A stretch of 64,000 nucleotides of DNA. It comes from Candidatus Marinamargulisbacteria bacterium (GTDB taxonomy: Bacteria; Margulisbacteria; Marinamargulisbacteria; UBA817). The DNA is taken from the NCBI GenBank assembly GCA_049889215.1, contig JBMHDV010000027.1, positions 29,594 through 93,593 on the forward strand, read 5' to 3'. Positions within the stretch are counted from its first letter, which is position 1; each line of letters starts with the position of its first letter. The notes beneath the pieces were generated by a model, which saw only the letters and a program-made list of their open reading frames with translations, was not told where the DNA came from and made no database searches. Of this stretch, positions 1 through 11,548 are shown in pieces. Made by a program: the position numbers and the translations under genes.

Positions 1-1478
1 AGTTTAAACCGGATGCAACCATTTTTGATACAGTTGAATTTGGGGTTAGCACGATTGCACATCGACTAAAAGAATTGGCCTACTTGAACAGAGGACTTCG
101 CATCAATTTTTATAATTTCAGAGATCATGAAACTGAAGATGAAGCAAAAGAAACCTTTGGGTTTGAAGGTGGAATAGCATCGTATGTTGAAGACTTAAAT
201 CAAAACAAAGAAGCGTTATTTGTTCCGCCAATTTATTTAAAAAAGAGTCGAGAACTCTACGAAGTTGAAGTTGCAATCCAATATGTATCGGATCACTATG
301 ATGAACAAATTGCATCGTTTGCGAATAACATCCGAACAAAAGAAGGTGGTACTCACCTTTCAGGATTTCGAACAGCATTAACACGAGTCATCAATTCATT
401 TGCTAAAAAATATGACCTGATTAAAAAAGATAAAACCAGCGCACTAACCGGACAAGATTTACGAGAAGGATTAACCGCTGTTATTAGTGTTAAATTGCAG
501 AACCCTCAATTTGAAGGGCAAACAAAAACAAAACTTGGTAACTCAGAAATCAAAGGGGTTGTTGATTCATTACTGGATGAAGGTCTAACCGATTATATTG
601 AAACAAATCCAAAAGTTGCAAAGTTAATTATCACCAAAGCATTGCAGGCGCAACGTGTTCGTGAAGCAGCTAGAAAAGCGCAAGATTTAGCACGTCGTAA
701 ATCAAGCTTAGAAAGCACGACATTGCCAGGTAAGCTTGCAGATTGTACGGAAAAAGATCCTTCTAAATGTGAAATTTTCTTGGTTGAGGGAGATTCAGCC
801 GGAGGGTCAGCGAAACAAGGCCGTGACAGAAACTTCCAGGCAATATTGCCACTACGAGGTAAAGTATTAAACGTCGAAAAATCACGATTAGACAAGATCC
901 TAGCCAATGAAGAAATTCGATCATTAATTACCGCTGTGGGACCAGAAGCACTTAAAAGTTTATCAACTGAAAAGCAAAATACTGAACAAGAAGAAAATGA
1001 ATTAACTAGCGAGAGTGTATTAGAAAAACTTCGTTACCATAAAATCGTCATCATGACGGATGCGGACGTTGATGGTGCTCACATACGAACGCTCTTACTT
1101 ACCTTCTTTTTTAGATATGCAAGAGAATTAGTTGAAGCTGGTGCACTTTACATTGCACAGCCACCACTTTACTTAATTCGTCAGGGTAAAGGTGGAATTT
1201 ACGCCTATAATGACAAAGAGTTGGATGAGAAACTAAAAGAACTCGGCAAAGACCGTGAAAAAGTAAACATTCAGCGTTATAAAGGATTGGGAGAAATGAA
1301 CCCAGACCAATTATGGGATACTACACTAAACCCTGAAAAGCGTAGCATGCTACAGGTAAATATCCACGACGCAGAAGTCGCAGATGAAATATTTTCTCTA
1401 CTCATGGGAAGTAAAGTTGACCCAAGAAAAGAATTTATCGAGAAATATGCCGGCACTGTCCGTTGGATTGACGTATAA
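1..1478 (+). CDS. gyrB: DNA gyrase subunit B, C-terminal part (5' end upstream of window)
   Basis: Reading frame open from base 3 into the listed ORF; translation carries GyrB Toprim/C-terminal motifs ([54 protein letters not shown]); stop TAA 1476-1478. Confidence 0.95.
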   Translation, partial: FKPDATIFDTVEFGVSTIAHRLKELAYLNRGLRINFYNFRDHETEDEAKETFGFEGGIASYVEDLNQNKEALFVPPIYLKKSRELYEVEVAIQYVSDHYDEQIASFANNIRTKEGGTHLSGFRTALTRVINSFAKKYDLIKKDKTSALTGQDLREGLTAVISVKLQNPQFEGQTKTKLGNSEIKGVVDSLLDEGLTDYIETNPKVAKLIITKALQAQRVREAARKAQDLARRKSSLESTTLPGKLADCTEKDPSKCEIFLVEGDSAGGSAKQGRDRNFQAILPLRGKVLNVEKSRLDKILANEEIRSLITAVGPEALKSLSTEKQNTEQEENELTSESVLEKLRYHKIVIMTDADVDGAHIRTLLLTFFFRYARELVEAGALYIAQPPLYLIRQGKGGIYAYNDKELDEKLKELGKDREKVNIQRYKGLGEMNPDQLWDTTLNPEKRSMLQVNIHDAEVADEIFSLLMGSKVDPRKEFIEKYAGTVRWIDV

Positions 1479-1483
1479 GGAGA

Positions 1484-4123
1484 ATGACTATGGATAACGA
1501 CGATTTACAACAAGGCGATTTATTTAATACACCAGAAGAAACCAACGAGGGGACAGCAAATGAATCAGTAGCTGAAACACCTGCAGTAGACGCCGCTGGT
1601 GATGGAGACGAGCCCATCGATAACATTAATCCAATTAATATTGATGACGAAATGAAATCATCATATTTAGAATATGCGATGTCTGTTATTGTTGGACGAG
1701 CATTACCTGATGCTCGCGATGGTTTAAAACCAGTTCACCGACGAATACTATATTCAATGTATGAGTCAGGTTACACATCATCAAAGCCATACAAAAAATG
1801 TGCACGTATTGTTGGTGACGTATTAGGACGCTATCACCCACATGGTGATACGGCAGTATACGACTCTTTGGTTCGTATGGCACAAGACTTTTCGATGAGA
1901 TATCAACTCATTGATGGCCAAGGAAACTATGGATCCATTGACGGTGATAACGCAGCGGCAATGCGATATACAGAAGCACGTATGGCAAAACTTAGTATGG
2001 AATTACTGCATGATATCGAAAAAGAAACCGTAGATTTTTCCCCAAACTTTGACGAATCATTGGATGAACCAACCGTTTTACCGTCTCGATTACCAATGTT
2101 ACTTTTAAATGGTACGTCGGGTATCGCAGTTGGAATGGCAACCAATATCCCGCCACACAACTTAACAGAAGTGATTAACGGTGTGAATTTCTACATCGAT
2201 AACCCTGAAGCTGGTGTACCTGAGCTTATGGAACACATCAAAGGGCCAGACTTTCCGACTGCTGGGATAATTTGTGGTCAGGCTGGCATCATCAGTGCAT
2301 ATGAAACTGGTCGAGGTATTATTACCCTACGTTCCAAAACCCATTTTGAAGAAAACAAAAAAAGAAAATCAATTATTGTCACAGAAATTCCTTATCAGGT
2401 GAATAAAGCAAACGTCATCATGAAGATTGCAGAGTTAGTAAATGATAAAAAGATCAATGGTATTTCTGATTTACGAGATGAATCTGATCGAAAAGGTTTA
2501 CGAATTTATATTGAATTAAAACGTGATGCTCAAGAAGAAATTATTTTAAATCAATTATTCAAACATACTCAGCTGCAAACATCATTTGGAATCAATATCG
2601 TTGCCCTTGTAAATGGACAGCCAAAAACTCTAAATTTAAAAGAGATTTTCTATCATTATGTTAACCACCGTAAAGAAATTATTAGAAAACGAACAGAATA
2701 TGATCTTAAAATCGCAAAAAACCGTTTACATATTTTAGAAGGTTTACGAATAGCACTTCAAAACATTGATGCAATTATTGAATTAATTAAAAAATCAGAA
2801 GATGCACATGTTGCTCGAAAAGCATTGATTGAAAACTATAGCTTAAGTGAAAAGCAAGCCAATGCAATCTTAGAAATGAGACTGCAACGCTTAACAGGAC
2901 TTGAGCAAGAAAAAATTGAAAATGAGTACAACGAATTAAAATTAAAAATTGCAGACCTTGAAGATATTCTTGTAAATGCACCTCGAGTACTATCCATCAT
3001 TAAAGAAGAGCATAATGAATTAAAAGATCGATTTGGAGACGAACGACGCACTGAAATCGGTGAAGATGTTAGTCAGGTAGATTTAGAAGATTTAATCCCA
3101 AAACAAACGGTAGCAATTTTACGCACAAAAAATGGATTTATTAAACGCATGCCTGTGTCCAACTTTAGAAGCCAACTTCGTGGTGGACGTGGTGTGAGTG
3201 GTATCTCTACAAGAGAAGAAGATATTATTAAACAAATTCTGGTAACGAATAGCCATGACTTCCTACTCTGTTTTACATCAACAGGAAAAGTGCACAAAAT
3301 AAAAGCTTATCAAATTCCAGAATCATCACGAACAAGTAAGGGATTATCAATAAATCATTTACTTGAATTAGATGAAAACGAAAAAATAACCAGCGTTATT
3401 CCAGTAAATACTTTTGAAACATCAACATTTCTACTTATGTGTACATCAAAAGGTGTCATTAAAAAGACAGAATTATCATCATTTAGTTACTTCAAAACAA
3501 GGGCTATTCGAGCCATTAACTTAGATGAAGGTGATGAACTATCATGGGTATTGCAATCCACGGGAGATAAAGACATTATTCTGTCTACCTCTGCTGGTAT
3601 GGTTATCCGCTTTGATGAAAAACAAGTTCGTGCAATGGGACGTACATCTCGAGGTGTTCGAGCAATAAAAATTAAACCGGATGATACATTGGTCAGTGTT
3701 AGTTTAATTGACCCAGATACCACGAAAGAATACTTATTATTATTGACCACCAAAGGATACGGTAAAAACATTCGAGTTGATGAATTCAAGGTCCAGAATA
3801 GAGGCGGTATTGGTGTTAAAGCATTAAAGTTTAGAAAAACCGTGCCAGGCGATAAAGTAACAGACGCAGAAGTTGTTGAACGTGATGACGAAGTGATTGT
3901 AGCAACATATAGTGGCAATATTTGCCGCCAAAAAGTTGCTAATATCTCCATCCAACGCAGAACATCTCAAGGCGTTAGAATCATTAAATTAGATGATAAA
4001 GACGAAGTAATTTCAATGGCTAAAGTAATTGAAGTAGACGAAGAAGAGCAACAAACTGCAGAAGCTTCAACTACACAAGTTGTTAGCTCAGCGTCAGTGT
4101 CACAGCCAGTTTCAACCAATTAA
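1484..4123 (+). CDS. gyrA: DNA gyrase subunit A
   Basis: 879-aa ORF starting 5 nt after gyrB; N-terminal [27 protein letters not shown] and active-site region [11 protein letters not shown] typical of GyrA. Confidence 0.95.
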   Translation: MTMDNDDLQQGDLFNTPEETNEGTANESVAETPAVDAAGDGDEPIDNINPINIDDEMKSSYLEYAMSVIVGRALPDARDGLKPVHRRILYSMYESGYTSSKPYKKCARIVGDVLGRYHPHGDTAVYDSLVRMAQDFSMRYQLIDGQGNYGSIDGDNAAAMRYTEARMAKLSMELLHDIEKETVDFSPNFDESLDEPTVLPSRLPMLLLNGTSGIAVGMATNIPPHNLTEVINGVNFYIDNPEAGVPELMEHIKGPDFPTAGIICGQAGIISAYETGRGIITLRSKTHFEENKKRKSIIVTEIPYQVNKANVIMKIAELVNDKKINGISDLRDESDRKGLRIYIELKRDAQEEIILNQLFKHTQLQTSFGINIVALVNGQPKTLNLKEIFYHYVNHRKEIIRKRTEYDLKIAKNRLHILEGLRIALQNIDAIIELIKKSEDAHVARKALIENYSLSEKQANAILEMRLQRLTGLEQEKIENEYNELKLKIADLEDILVNAPRVLSIIKEEHNELKDRFGDERRTEIGEDVSQVDLEDLIPKQTVAILRTKNGFIKRMPVSNFRSQLRGGRGVSGISTREEDIIKQILVTNSHDFLLCFTSTGKVHKIKAYQIPESSRTSKGLSINHLLELDENEKITSVIPVNTFETSTFLLMCTSKGVIKKTELSSFSYFKTRAIRAINLDEGDELSWVLQSTGDKDIILSTSAGMVIRFDEKQVRAMGRTSRGVRAIKIKPDDTLVSVSLIDPDTTKEYLLLLTTKGYGKNIRVDEFKVQNRGGIGVKALKFRKTVPGDKVTDAEVVERDDEVIVATYSGNICRQKVANISIQRRTSQGVRIIKLDDKDEVISMAKVIEVDEEEQQTAEASTTQVVSSASVSQPVSTN

Positions 4124-4126
4124 AAA

Positions 4127-4145
4127 TAAAGGGGGGGACACCCTT
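4127..4145. terminator. Possible short bidirectional hairpin between convergent gyrA and yqeG-like gene
   Basis: aaggg / ccctt 5-bp stem with 7-nt loop (4128-4144) flanked by A-runs; weak. Confidence 0.25.
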
Positions 4146-4668
4146 AAAATGAACTTAATATGGAGGCTTGAAGCTTGTATTGTTGTTGCTTCAAAAAAGA
4201 GATATTCGAAACATCAATTGGATCAACATAAATTGACGACATCCCTGTGATATTCGCCAACAAAACATCAGTAAATAACTGATCGCCAATTAAAACAGCT
4301 TCACTAACATCAATGTTATAATCCTGAATTAAACGTCTCATGGTAAAAACAAATGGCTTACATGCAAATGTTACAGCAGGTAAGTTTAACTGCTTTGATA
4401 CATGTTGGATTCGATCAACACTTGAATTGTTAGAAATTAAAATAATATTATCAAAGTCATGGGTCGCAATTGCATTAAACAAATTTAATGACTGCAATGA
4501 GACAGCTGTTTCTCCATATTTTATAATTGTATTATCAACATCAAAAAATAATGACTTAATGCCATCGGCTTTTAATAATTGAAAATCAATGTCAAAAATA
4601 GACTCATAAATCAGCCTTGGCCTTAAATAATCATATAAAATAGAATTAAATCCCGTGGATTTAGTCAT
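4144..4668 (-). CDS. HAD-IIIA family phosphatase (YqeG-like)
   Basis: HAD motif I FDVDNTI; 174 aa from ATG at 4668 fits YqeG-type proteins; the longer ORF to 4713 would overlap hisG by 53 nt; ATG overlaps hisG stop (ATGACTAA). Confidence 0.7.
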   Translation of the reverse strand: MTKSTGFNSILYDYLRPRLIYESIFDIDFQLLKADGIKSLFFDVDNTIIKYGETAVSLQSLNLFNAIATHDFDNIILISNNSSVDRIQHVSKQLNLPAVTFACKPFVFTMRRLIQDYNIDVSEAVLIGDQLFTDVLLANITGMSSIYVDPIDVSNISFLKQQQYKLQASILSSF

Positions 4669-5296
4669 TAACAAACTTGGAAAAACCATCATGAATGGCC
4701 TGAACATCAGCAAATTTAGTCATCATTGAAGATCGATTAGCAACCAACCGTGCCGTAGAGTAAAAGACCTCATCATACTCAATCAAGCCATTTTCCTTTA
4801 GTGTTTGACCAGTGGCTGTTAAATCACAAATAACATCTGCGACACCAGTCATTGGAGCCAACTCCATCGCACCATATAATTTGATTGGGACACAACGAAT
4901 TGATTTTTTTTGAAAATAATCCAAAGTTGCCATCTCATATTTAGTAGCAACACGAACATTATGCGATAAATATTTAGATTGATATGATTCTGGACCAGCA
5001 ATCACCAAACGGCAATCACCAAACTTTAAATCCAATAACTCTAATAAATCAGGAGACTGTTCTTCTAATACGTCCTTACCTACCACACCCATATCTGCAG
5101 CACCTTCTTCAACGTATACAGGAACGTCCCATGGTCGTACCTTCATTAACTGAATTTTTCCAGTAGTATCAATGGTAGATAACTGTCGTGATTCTGATAA
5201 GTCATTATCAAATACAATGCCCATTCCATCAAAGAATGACATGGCCTTTTTCCATAAATACCCTTTCGCACAGGCAATTGTTAGTGGTTTAGTCAT
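4661..5296 (-). CDS. hisG: ATP phosphoribosyltransferase, short form
   Basis: Translation MTKPLTIACAKGYL...RPWDVPVYVEEGAADMGVVGKDVL...CDLTATGQTLKENGL typical of HisG; start set at MTKPLT (ORF runs to 5443 but that extension passes through hisZ). Confidence 0.85.
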   Translation of the reverse strand: MTKPLTIACAKGYLWKKAMSFFDGMGIVFDNDLSESRQLSTIDTTGKIQLMKVRPWDVPVYVEEGAADMGVVGKDVLEEQSPDLLELLDLKFGDCRLVIAGPESYQSKYLSHNVRVATKYEMATLDYFQKKSIRCVPIKLYGAMELAPMTGVADVICDLTATGQTLKENGLIEYDEVFYSTARLVANRSSMMTKFADVQAIHDGFSKFVND

Positions 5297-6119
5297 TAAG
5301 AGCCCTTTCCAAATAATGTAATCGTATAGCAAAACCAAATGCGTTTGCAGAAGAACCAAATGCAGAAAGAACAGAGTCATAACGCCCACCTGAACCGATG
5401 ACCTTTCCATATGATGGGGAAACAATATCAAAATATACACCATTATAGAATGACAAATCCTTACATAATCCTCGATTTACCTTCACATTTGATATACCAG
5501 CATCAAGAAGTCCTGACATGAATGCAGTTAAATAAGACGATTGAGGCAAATCAGTTTGATCACCAATGGCTGGTAGTTTGGCTAGTCCTTTAAAATCACC
5601 CAATCGTAAATTATCAAGTTCCTCACTCGATAAATCTGAAAACAACTCAGGATGTGCAACATGAACTTCCGCATCTTTTAAACCAACCTTCTTGCAAATA
5701 TCATGCAACATCTTAATCATATTAATTTCATCAGAAAGTGATAAATCACCAATATGCTCAACACCGAATTGAAAGATTTCAGTTTCACCCAATAATGGAT
5801 CTTTACGAAACACCGGATCATGATAAAACAACTTCACTGGCATTTCTTCAACCAACCGACTGGTTGCAATGCGAGCAATCGGGGTTGTGTGATCAGGTCG
5901 TAAAATCAACCTTGAACCCGAACGATCAAAAAACATAATGCAATGGTCACTGAGTGCTCCCAATGCGGGTTGAAGTTGGTCGTAATGTTCAATTGATGGG
6001 GTAATAATCCGCCGATATTCTTGCTGTTGAACAACATCGACCATTTTTTGAATTAATAAATCACGCTGTTCAATATCATTTGGCAAATAATCCCTTAAGC
6101 CTAATGGAATGTGTTTCAT
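5289..6119 (-). CDS. hisZ: ATP phosphoribosyltransferase regulatory subunit (HisRS-like)
   Basis: N-terminus MKHIPLGLRDYLP and HisRS-like core without anticodon-binding domain; immediately upstream of short-form hisG, which needs HisZ. Confidence 0.8.
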   Translation of the reverse strand: MKHIPLGLRDYLPNDIEQRDLLIQKMVDVVQQQEYRRIITPSIEHYDQLQPALGALSDHCIMFFDRSGSRLILRPDHTTPIARIATSRLVEEMPVKLFYHDPVFRKDPLLGETEIFQFGVEHIGDLSLSDEINMIKMLHDICKKVGLKDAEVHVAHPELFSDLSSEELDNLRLGDFKGLAKLPAIGDQTDLPQSSYLTAFMSGLLDAGISNVKVNRGLCKDLSFYNGVYFDIVSPSYGKVIGSGGRYDSVLSAFGSSANAFGFAIRLHYLERALND

Positions 6120-6157
6120 ATATTAAAGAGTATCATATGCATGAATGGTTGCAATAC

Positions 6158-8476
6158 TTACTGAACAAGTTCTTTAGTAGAAATATGTTGAAACACACTG
6201 ATAGGAAGGTTTAATACCAACTCATTAACAGATAAATGATGAAAATTTACCGGTAAAAACTGCAAAAACTCTTTGAGTAATTCGCTATAATAATCCTCTT
6301 CTTGCATCCCCATAATCTGCATTCTTGCTTGATGCACTGGTTGAGATGCATTCGGTGGTTCATAATCTGGAAAAATAATGATCCCTGATAATGAATTTAA
6401 CTTAGAAACATCTGAAAAAAGTAAAAACTGAACCTGATGAGGACGATCTTTGTATTTCTGGCGTGTAATTCGATGAAGCTTTTTCTTCCAATACCTCATC
6501 TTTTGTTTTGACAAAACTACCACATGAACAGGGGCAAAAGATAGCTTTGATTGAATAAATGAAACAATCTCATGATCCGACCTAGCCATAATTGATACAC
6601 CAGGCTGTGAAGCATCATCAAAATGTTCATCAACCAGCTTTGAACCAATCTGCCAAGTAAAAAAGTCTGTACTCGTATAAACAGCAGCTGATTGATGAAT
6701 AATCACCCGTTGAGCATAATTCATTACATTTTGGAACAATTCGGTTGGAAAAATAGACAGTTTAACCAAACTACAATTGCTAGGGCGGTACTTCAGTGGA
6801 GATGCAATAAAAAGAACATCTCGATCACTAACATCCAATAATTGCTTTAACATAAAGCCAAAAGCATTAACTTTTAAAATGATATCCCGAATCCAAACCG
6901 ACAACTGCGGCACAATATAATATGACACACGACCAAGGATTGTTGTTAACTCTGTTATATGATGTTGAATTAAGTGAATGTGACCAATAATTTCTTGCCA
7001 CTCAAAGGTTTCCTTGACATTATCATTTACGTAAACCTCTCTCTGAGAATAATAGTGATTAACAGACAAGGCACCAATAAGAGCATCAAACTGTTGTAAC
7101 ATTTGGTTTTTTTCGTAATGAATTAAATCTATAGCATGTCGAATACGTGCAATATCCTGAATAAGTTTAAGCGGATGCTCTTCCTTCCTCGTCAAAAATC
7201 TAATCACAGATGAAAACTGAATGATCATATCATTCAAAAACTTAAATGAATATGATGATATTGATTGCTTAAATAACTCAGAGAAAACACCATCATAATT
7301 AGAGAAATGATAATACACAATAGCAAACAACGAACAAAATTTAGGCAATTGCATGGAAATCTGAGAAAATGTTTCTATATGACAAGAAACCGATTGATTT
7401 GATTGAAAAGCGGCTTCAATATGCAACGCTAAAAACGTCGTCTTTTCCATAGATTTTGAATCCATCGAAGAATCATTAATTTGGTAAAATCGTTGTTTTA
7501 AACTATCATTTAAATCATTCAAATAAAATGTTTTTGTCTGACGAAGCCAACCGATAATTGCAATTATTTCAACAACTTCAGAGTGAGATGCCGCTTGCTG
7601 CATAAGCCTCGGATAAAACGAATCAATATTGGGTGGAAAGGCATAGTTTGATGGAGAGTCAATAAAAGGCATATCCAACGAATACTTCGATCGCACAATA
7701 TAAATTGTTCGTTGATCATGATCAGTAACATACGATTGTAGTTGTGAATCATCCCCCAAACATCGCGTAGCATGACGCTGCCCAATACGATCAACATCAA
7801 ACTCAGCATACCCATGATGATCCATATCACGATCATGTTGATTATCTGGGGCACCAACTGAAAAAAAACGCAATACAAAACGAATAAGATGCTGTATTGA
7901 TTTCTGCTGAGACTGTTTAAGTAGTGCCACTTCAAACGTCGATATCTTTAACGAATAATGCTTAGAAAAATAATGCATTAATTGAGCCAACCCCATAGCA
8001 TCATCCAATGCACGGTGTGACTGAGCTTGAGAAATATCAAACTGATGGAATAGCTGCTGTAGTTGCAAGCTACGGATGGTTGGATGAAACCACTTAAAAA
8101 CATCTTGAGAGTCCACCCAAATAAATGATTCAGGAACAAGGTGATAATAATCACAAACAGACATGTAACTCATTCGATCTAAAAATGCGTTATGTGCGAT
8201 AATTGTTGAGTTTTTAATAAACTTATAAAAATCTAAATATACCTCAGTAAAAAGCGGGGCTTCATCCAGTGCATCGTGATCAATACCAGTTAAATTTAAA
8301 ACAAAATCACTAACACGCGTCTCAGGTTTCACCAATGTCGAATACGTCTTACCAATCACCCCATCAATAATCTCAACACAGCCAATTTCCATGATTAAGG
8401 ATTTGCCATCCAATGGATATGTTTCAAAATCTAAAACAACGACTCGATGCATAGTATTCATCATACCGGTGAACAA
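6158..8476 (-). CDS. DEDDh (DnaQ-like) 3'-5' exonuclease domain fused to ~600-aa C-terminal region of unknown function
   Basis: Exo I VVLDFETY, Exo II IIAHNAFLDR, Exo III HRALDDAMGLAQ in first ~170 aa; no Walker A or helicase motifs seen in the remainder. Confidence 0.7.
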   Translation of the reverse strand: MFTGMMNTMHRVVVLDFETYPLDGKSLIMEIGCVEIIDGVIGKTYSTLVKPETRVSDFVLNLTGIDHDALDEAPLFTEVYLDFYKFIKNSTIIAHNAFLDRMSYMSVCDYYHLVPESFIWVDSQDVFKWFHPTIRSLQLQQLFHQFDISQAQSHRALDDAMGLAQLMHYFSKHYSLKISTFEVALLKQSQQKSIQHLIRFVLRFFSVGAPDNQHDRDMDHHGYAEFDVDRIGQRHATRCLGDDSQLQSYVTDHDQRTIYIVRSKYSLDMPFIDSPSNYAFPPNIDSFYPRLMQQAASHSEVVEIIAIIGWLRQTKTFYLNDLNDSLKQRFYQINDSSMDSKSMEKTTFLALHIEAAFQSNQSVSCHIETFSQISMQLPKFCSLFAIVYYHFSNYDGVFSELFKQSISSYSFKFLNDMIIQFSSVIRFLTRKEEHPLKLIQDIARIRHAIDLIHYEKNQMLQQFDALIGALSVNHYYSQREVYVNDNVKETFEWQEIIGHIHLIQHHITELTTILGRVSYYIVPQLSVWIRDIILKVNAFGFMLKQLLDVSDRDVLFIASPLKYRPSNCSLVKLSIFPTELFQNVMNYAQRVIIHQSAAVYTSTDFFTWQIGSKLVDEHFDDASQPGVSIMARSDHEIVSFIQSKLSFAPVHVVVLSKQKMRYWKKKLHRITRQKYKDRPHQVQFLLFSDVSKLNSLSGIIIFPDYEPPNASQPVHQARMQIMGMQEEDYYSELLKEFLQFLPVNFHHLSVNELVLNLPISVFQHISTKELVQ

Positions 8477-8493
8477 AGGATATTTAAAAATAA

Positions 8494-9342
8494 TTATTCA
8501 AGGGACTGGAAAATAGTTAAAAATCGATCATGCCCTGACAAATCTTTTTTAAACAGCAACGAGGTATTCGTTGCAGCTGTTAAGTGCTGCCGTTGTTGAT
8601 AACCAATTTCGCAAATAAGATCATGCCCCCCTTCAGTCGCTCGACCAATTAAATCTAAAATTATGGCCATACCATTATTATCTGCAACAAGTGCAACTTT
8701 TGGCTCAAGTTTCACAACATCATCTAATAAAATATACTCATCATCAGAAATATAAGGGGGATTCGAAACAATAATACAATGAGCATTGGGTGGAACATCA
8801 AAACATTCAACATCAAAAAAATCGCTATGAAAAAATTCAATATTAGCCACATCATGCCGACGTTGGTTTATACAAGCAACATCAAATGCGTGTCGGGAAA
8901 TGTCCCACGCTTTGAATGAAATATTTGGAAACTGCAATGCCAAATCTATCGAAATTACGCCAGAACCAAAACCACACTCAAAAACATGAATGTCATGGCC
9001 CTTTAGATGTTGTATTCGTTTTGCAGCAATACCAACCAGTTCTTCTGTTTCTGGACGCGGAATTAAGACACCCGGTCGAACAAAATATGGTCGACCATTA
9101 AAGTAAGCTGATTCCAAAATATAACTCAAAGGTTCACCAGCAATGCATCGATCCACACATTGTTGGATGGATGTAATCTGGGTGGATGTTAGGGTATAGT
9201 CCTTTGAAAGCAATACCAGATATTTTTCATTTAAATGTTCTTCAATAATAAATAATACAGTCACTTCTGCATCTGGTAGTTGTGCAGCAATTACTTGGTT
9301 TACCCAATATCGATACGCTTGATCAATTCGATTATTGACCAA
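8494..9342 (-). CDS. prmC: Release factor glutamine N5-methyltransferase
   Basis: SAM-binding VFECGFGSG and catalytic NPPY motif; overlaps prfA stop by 11 nt, conserved prfA-prmC pairing. Confidence 0.85.
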   Translation of the reverse strand: MVNNRIDQAYRYWVNQVIAAQLPDAEVTVLFIIEEHLNEKYLVLLSKDYTLTSTQITSIQQCVDRCIAGEPLSYILESAYFNGRPYFVRPGVLIPRPETEELVGIAAKRIQHLKGHDIHVFECGFGSGVISIDLALQFPNISFKAWDISRHAFDVACINQRRHDVANIEFFHSDFFDVECFDVPPNAHCIIVSNPPYISDDEYILLDDVVKLEPKVALVADNNGMAIILDLIGRATEGGHDLICEIGYQQRQHLTAATNTSLLFKKDLSGHDRFLTIFQSLE

Positions 9343-10396
9343 TTTGTTTTAACTTTTCAATACGATCTGCTTTTTTTAGTGCGGAAATAATTGGCTCAAT
9401 ATCGCCTTGAATAATTTTATCAAGTGCATGAAGTGTTAATCCTATTCGATGATCAGTTACACGCCCTTGCGGATAATTATACGTTCGTATTTTTTCAGAT
9501 CGATCACCACTACCTACTTGAGATTTTCTTAAATCCGATTCCTTTTTACGTTGTTCAAATACTTGCTGCTCATAAATTTTTGCGCGTAATATACGCATAG
9601 CTTTATCTTTATTTTGAAATTGTGATCGTTCATCTTGGCATGCAACAACTGTATTTGTTGGAATGTGCGTTAATCGAACAGCTGAACTTGTTTTGTTCAC
9701 GTGCTGACCACCAGCACCAGACGCTCGATATGTATCGACACGAATATCTTTCATATTAATCTCAATGTCAACATCTTCAACCTCAGGCAATACAGCTACA
9801 GTGGCAGCAGACGTGTGAATACGACCGGAGCTTTCTGTCGCTGGGACACGTTGAACACGATGAGTACCGATTTCAAACTTAAGCTCACTATAAACACCGG
9901 CACCACTAACTGTAAATGAAACTTCCTTAATGCCCCCGATTTCCGTTAAATTTTGGGAAATAACCTCTATTGTCCACCCTCTCTTTTCAGCATAGCGTTG
10001 ATACATTTTTAATAAATCTTCAGCAAAAAGCGCCGCTTCATCGCCACCCGTACCCTGACGAATCTCAACGATCGCATTACGATGATCATCCGGATCTTTC
10101 GGAATTAAAAACAATTGAAGTTCATCATCCAAATGTTTTATTTTTGCATCAAGTTCAGCAATCTCCTCTTTGGCCATATCAGCCATTTCTGCATCGACCA
10201 AAAGCTCCTCTGCATCCGCACGCTGCTGTGTAAACGATCGAAAATCACGATACATTTCAACAAACGATTTTAACTCGGTATATTTCTGTGATAGTGTTTT
10301 GTACTTTTTTTGGTCTGAAATCACTTCAGGGTCTGAGAGTTGGCGCTCAACATCCTCATACTGAAGTTCTATTTCATCATATGATGCATTCGACAT
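9332..10396 (-). CDS. prfA: Peptide chain release factor 1
   Basis: GGQ motif ([22 protein letters not shown]) and RF1-type PxT tripeptide ([12 protein letters not shown]). Confidence 0.95.
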   Translation of the reverse strand: MSNASYDEIELQYEDVERQLSDPEVISDQKKYKTLSQKYTELKSFVEMYRDFRSFTQQRADAEELLVDAEMADMAKEEIAELDAKIKHLDDELQLFLIPKDPDDHRNAIVEIRQGTGGDEAALFAEDLLKMYQRYAEKRGWTIEVISQNLTEIGGIKEVSFTVSGAGVYSELKFEIGTHRVQRVPATESSGRIHTSAATVAVLPEVEDVDIEINMKDIRVDTYRASGAGGQHVNKTSSAVRLTHIPTNTVVACQDERSQFQNKDKAMRILRAKIYEQQVFEQRKKESDLRKSQVGSGDRSEKIRTYNYPQGRVTDHRIGLTLHALDKIIQGDIEPIISALKKADRIEKLKQIGQ

Positions 10397-10407
10397 TCGT
10401 CAAAAAA

Positions 10408-10644
10408 TTACTTAGAAAACTTGGCGTATTTCTTTTTGAATTTTTCAACTCTGCCTTCAGAGTCAACAATTTTATTTTCACCAGTAAAAAATGGATGGCA
10501 ATTAGCACAAATATCAACACGTACATCAGATTTTGTTGAACCTGTTTTATACTCAGCGCCACATGCACAAGAAATAACAATATCATTATGATACTCAAAT
10601 GTTATATCGAATCCTTTTTTAGCTGCTTTTTGATTTTTACTCAT
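10408..10644 (-). CDS. rpmE: 50S ribosomal protein L31 (zinc-binding type)
   Basis: 78 aa with CxC...CxxCHPFFTG signature of L31. Confidence 0.9.
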   Translation of the reverse strand: MSKNQKAAKKGFDITFEYHNDIVISCACGAEYKTGSTKSDVRVDICANCHPFFTGENKIVDSEGRVEKFKKKYAKFSK

Positions 10645-10779
10645 AATATCTTATGAAATTAAGAGAGTTTAGCTTATTTGTCAATGCGTTTAATAAAACT
10701 TTGATGAAAATACTAACCCACATTTATATAAAAATTACGGCATTAACTCTAAAATTTGTTTAAAAATTAAAATCAAATG

Positions 10780-10788
10780 TGCTATATT
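10780..10788 (+). promoter_or_regulatory. Possible extended -10 element (TGcTATATT) only ~10 nt upstream of the anti-sigma ATG; leaderless or near-leaderless transcript possible
   Basis: tgtgctatatt at 10778-10788; ATG at 10799; no Shine-Dalgarno visible. Confidence 0.25.
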
Positions 10789-10798
10789 ATGAATAATT

Positions 10799-11254
10799 AT
10801 GTTACTTGAACGATTGAATGGTCAGCCTGAAAATGTAGAGTTTAGTATTCCTTGCATGTCCGATTATGTAGGTGTCGTTAGATTGGCAGTATCTGGTCTA
10901 GCAACTCGAATGAATTTTTCTATAGAAGAAATTGAAGATATTAAAATAGCTGTTTCCGAAGCTTGTACAAATTCAGTGCAATATGCATTTGATGACCCAT
11001 CTGAGCAACGTGTATTCATTACCTTTAATTTATTTAAAGATAAACTCGAAATTATTGTGAAAGATCATGGCAAAGGGTTTGAAGTTGAAACACTCGAAAG
11101 AACCCCTATTGAAGAACGTAAATTAGATGAGATTGATGAAAATGTCCCACGTCTTGGCCTGGGAATTACATTCATCAAAAGTTTAATGGATGAAACCAAC
11201 ATCACCTCACAAATTGGTGGTGGAACAACCATTCAAATGGCAAAACATATTTAA
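10799..11254 (+). CDS. Anti-sigma factor / Ser-protein kinase of the RsbW/SpoIIAB family (HATPase_c)
   Basis: N-box-like EACTNSVQYA, G1 box VKDHGKGF, G2 box GLGITFIKSLMDE, GGGTTI near C-terminus. Confidence 0.75.
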   Translation: MLLERLNGQPENVEFSIPCMSDYVGVVRLAVSGLATRMNFSIEEIEDIKIAVSEACTNSVQYAFDDPSEQRVFITFNLFKDKLEIIVKDHGKGFEVETLERTPIEERKLDEIDENVPRLGLGITFIKSLMDETNITSQIGGGTTIQMAKHI

Positions 11255-11260
11255 TAACCA

Positions 11261-11548
11261 TTGCTTAAGTTAATATTTATTTTTTTTATGTCCGTATCCT
11301 TCTACGTGTTTTACCAACGCAAATTATCACGCGTCTTGAAGCCGGGGTTTGTAACACCCATATCAGCAATTCTAACTCTAGTTTCATTAGCACCAATGGG
11401 ATTTATAGTTGGATTAATTAGCGTATACGCCATACCAAAACTATTAACAAAACAATCCAGTATGCATTCAATGATTTGCGCTAAATGTGGTACCCTATCC
11501 AAAAAGGGGGAATCCATATGCAGAAAGTGCAAAAACATGCTGTCCTAA
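11261..11548 (+). CDS. Small membrane protein with C-terminal zinc-ribbon (CxxC...CxxC)
   Basis: Two hydrophobic helices then CAKCG...CRKCKN; TTG start at 11261 or ATG ~11288; overlaps start of next gene by ~30 nt. Confidence 0.35.
   Translation: MLKLIFIFFMSVSFYVFYQRKLSRVLKPGFVTPISAILTLVSLAPMGFIVGLISVYAIPKLLTKQSSMHSMICAKCGTLSKKGESICRKCKNMLS

Noticed and set aside
118-907. Antisense ORFs inside gyrB (118..384, 593..907) and similar short ORFs listed inside other long genes
   Set aside because: They overlap well-supported genes on the opposite strand or in another frame and have no motifs; treated as shadow ORFs
5297-5443. N-terminal extension of hisG to 5443
   Set aside because: Would run through the hisZ coding region; HisG homology begins at MTKPLT
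7564-7935. 123-aa ORF nested in the exonuclease-fusion gene
   Set aside because: Same strand, different frame, entirely inside a longer motif-bearing ORF
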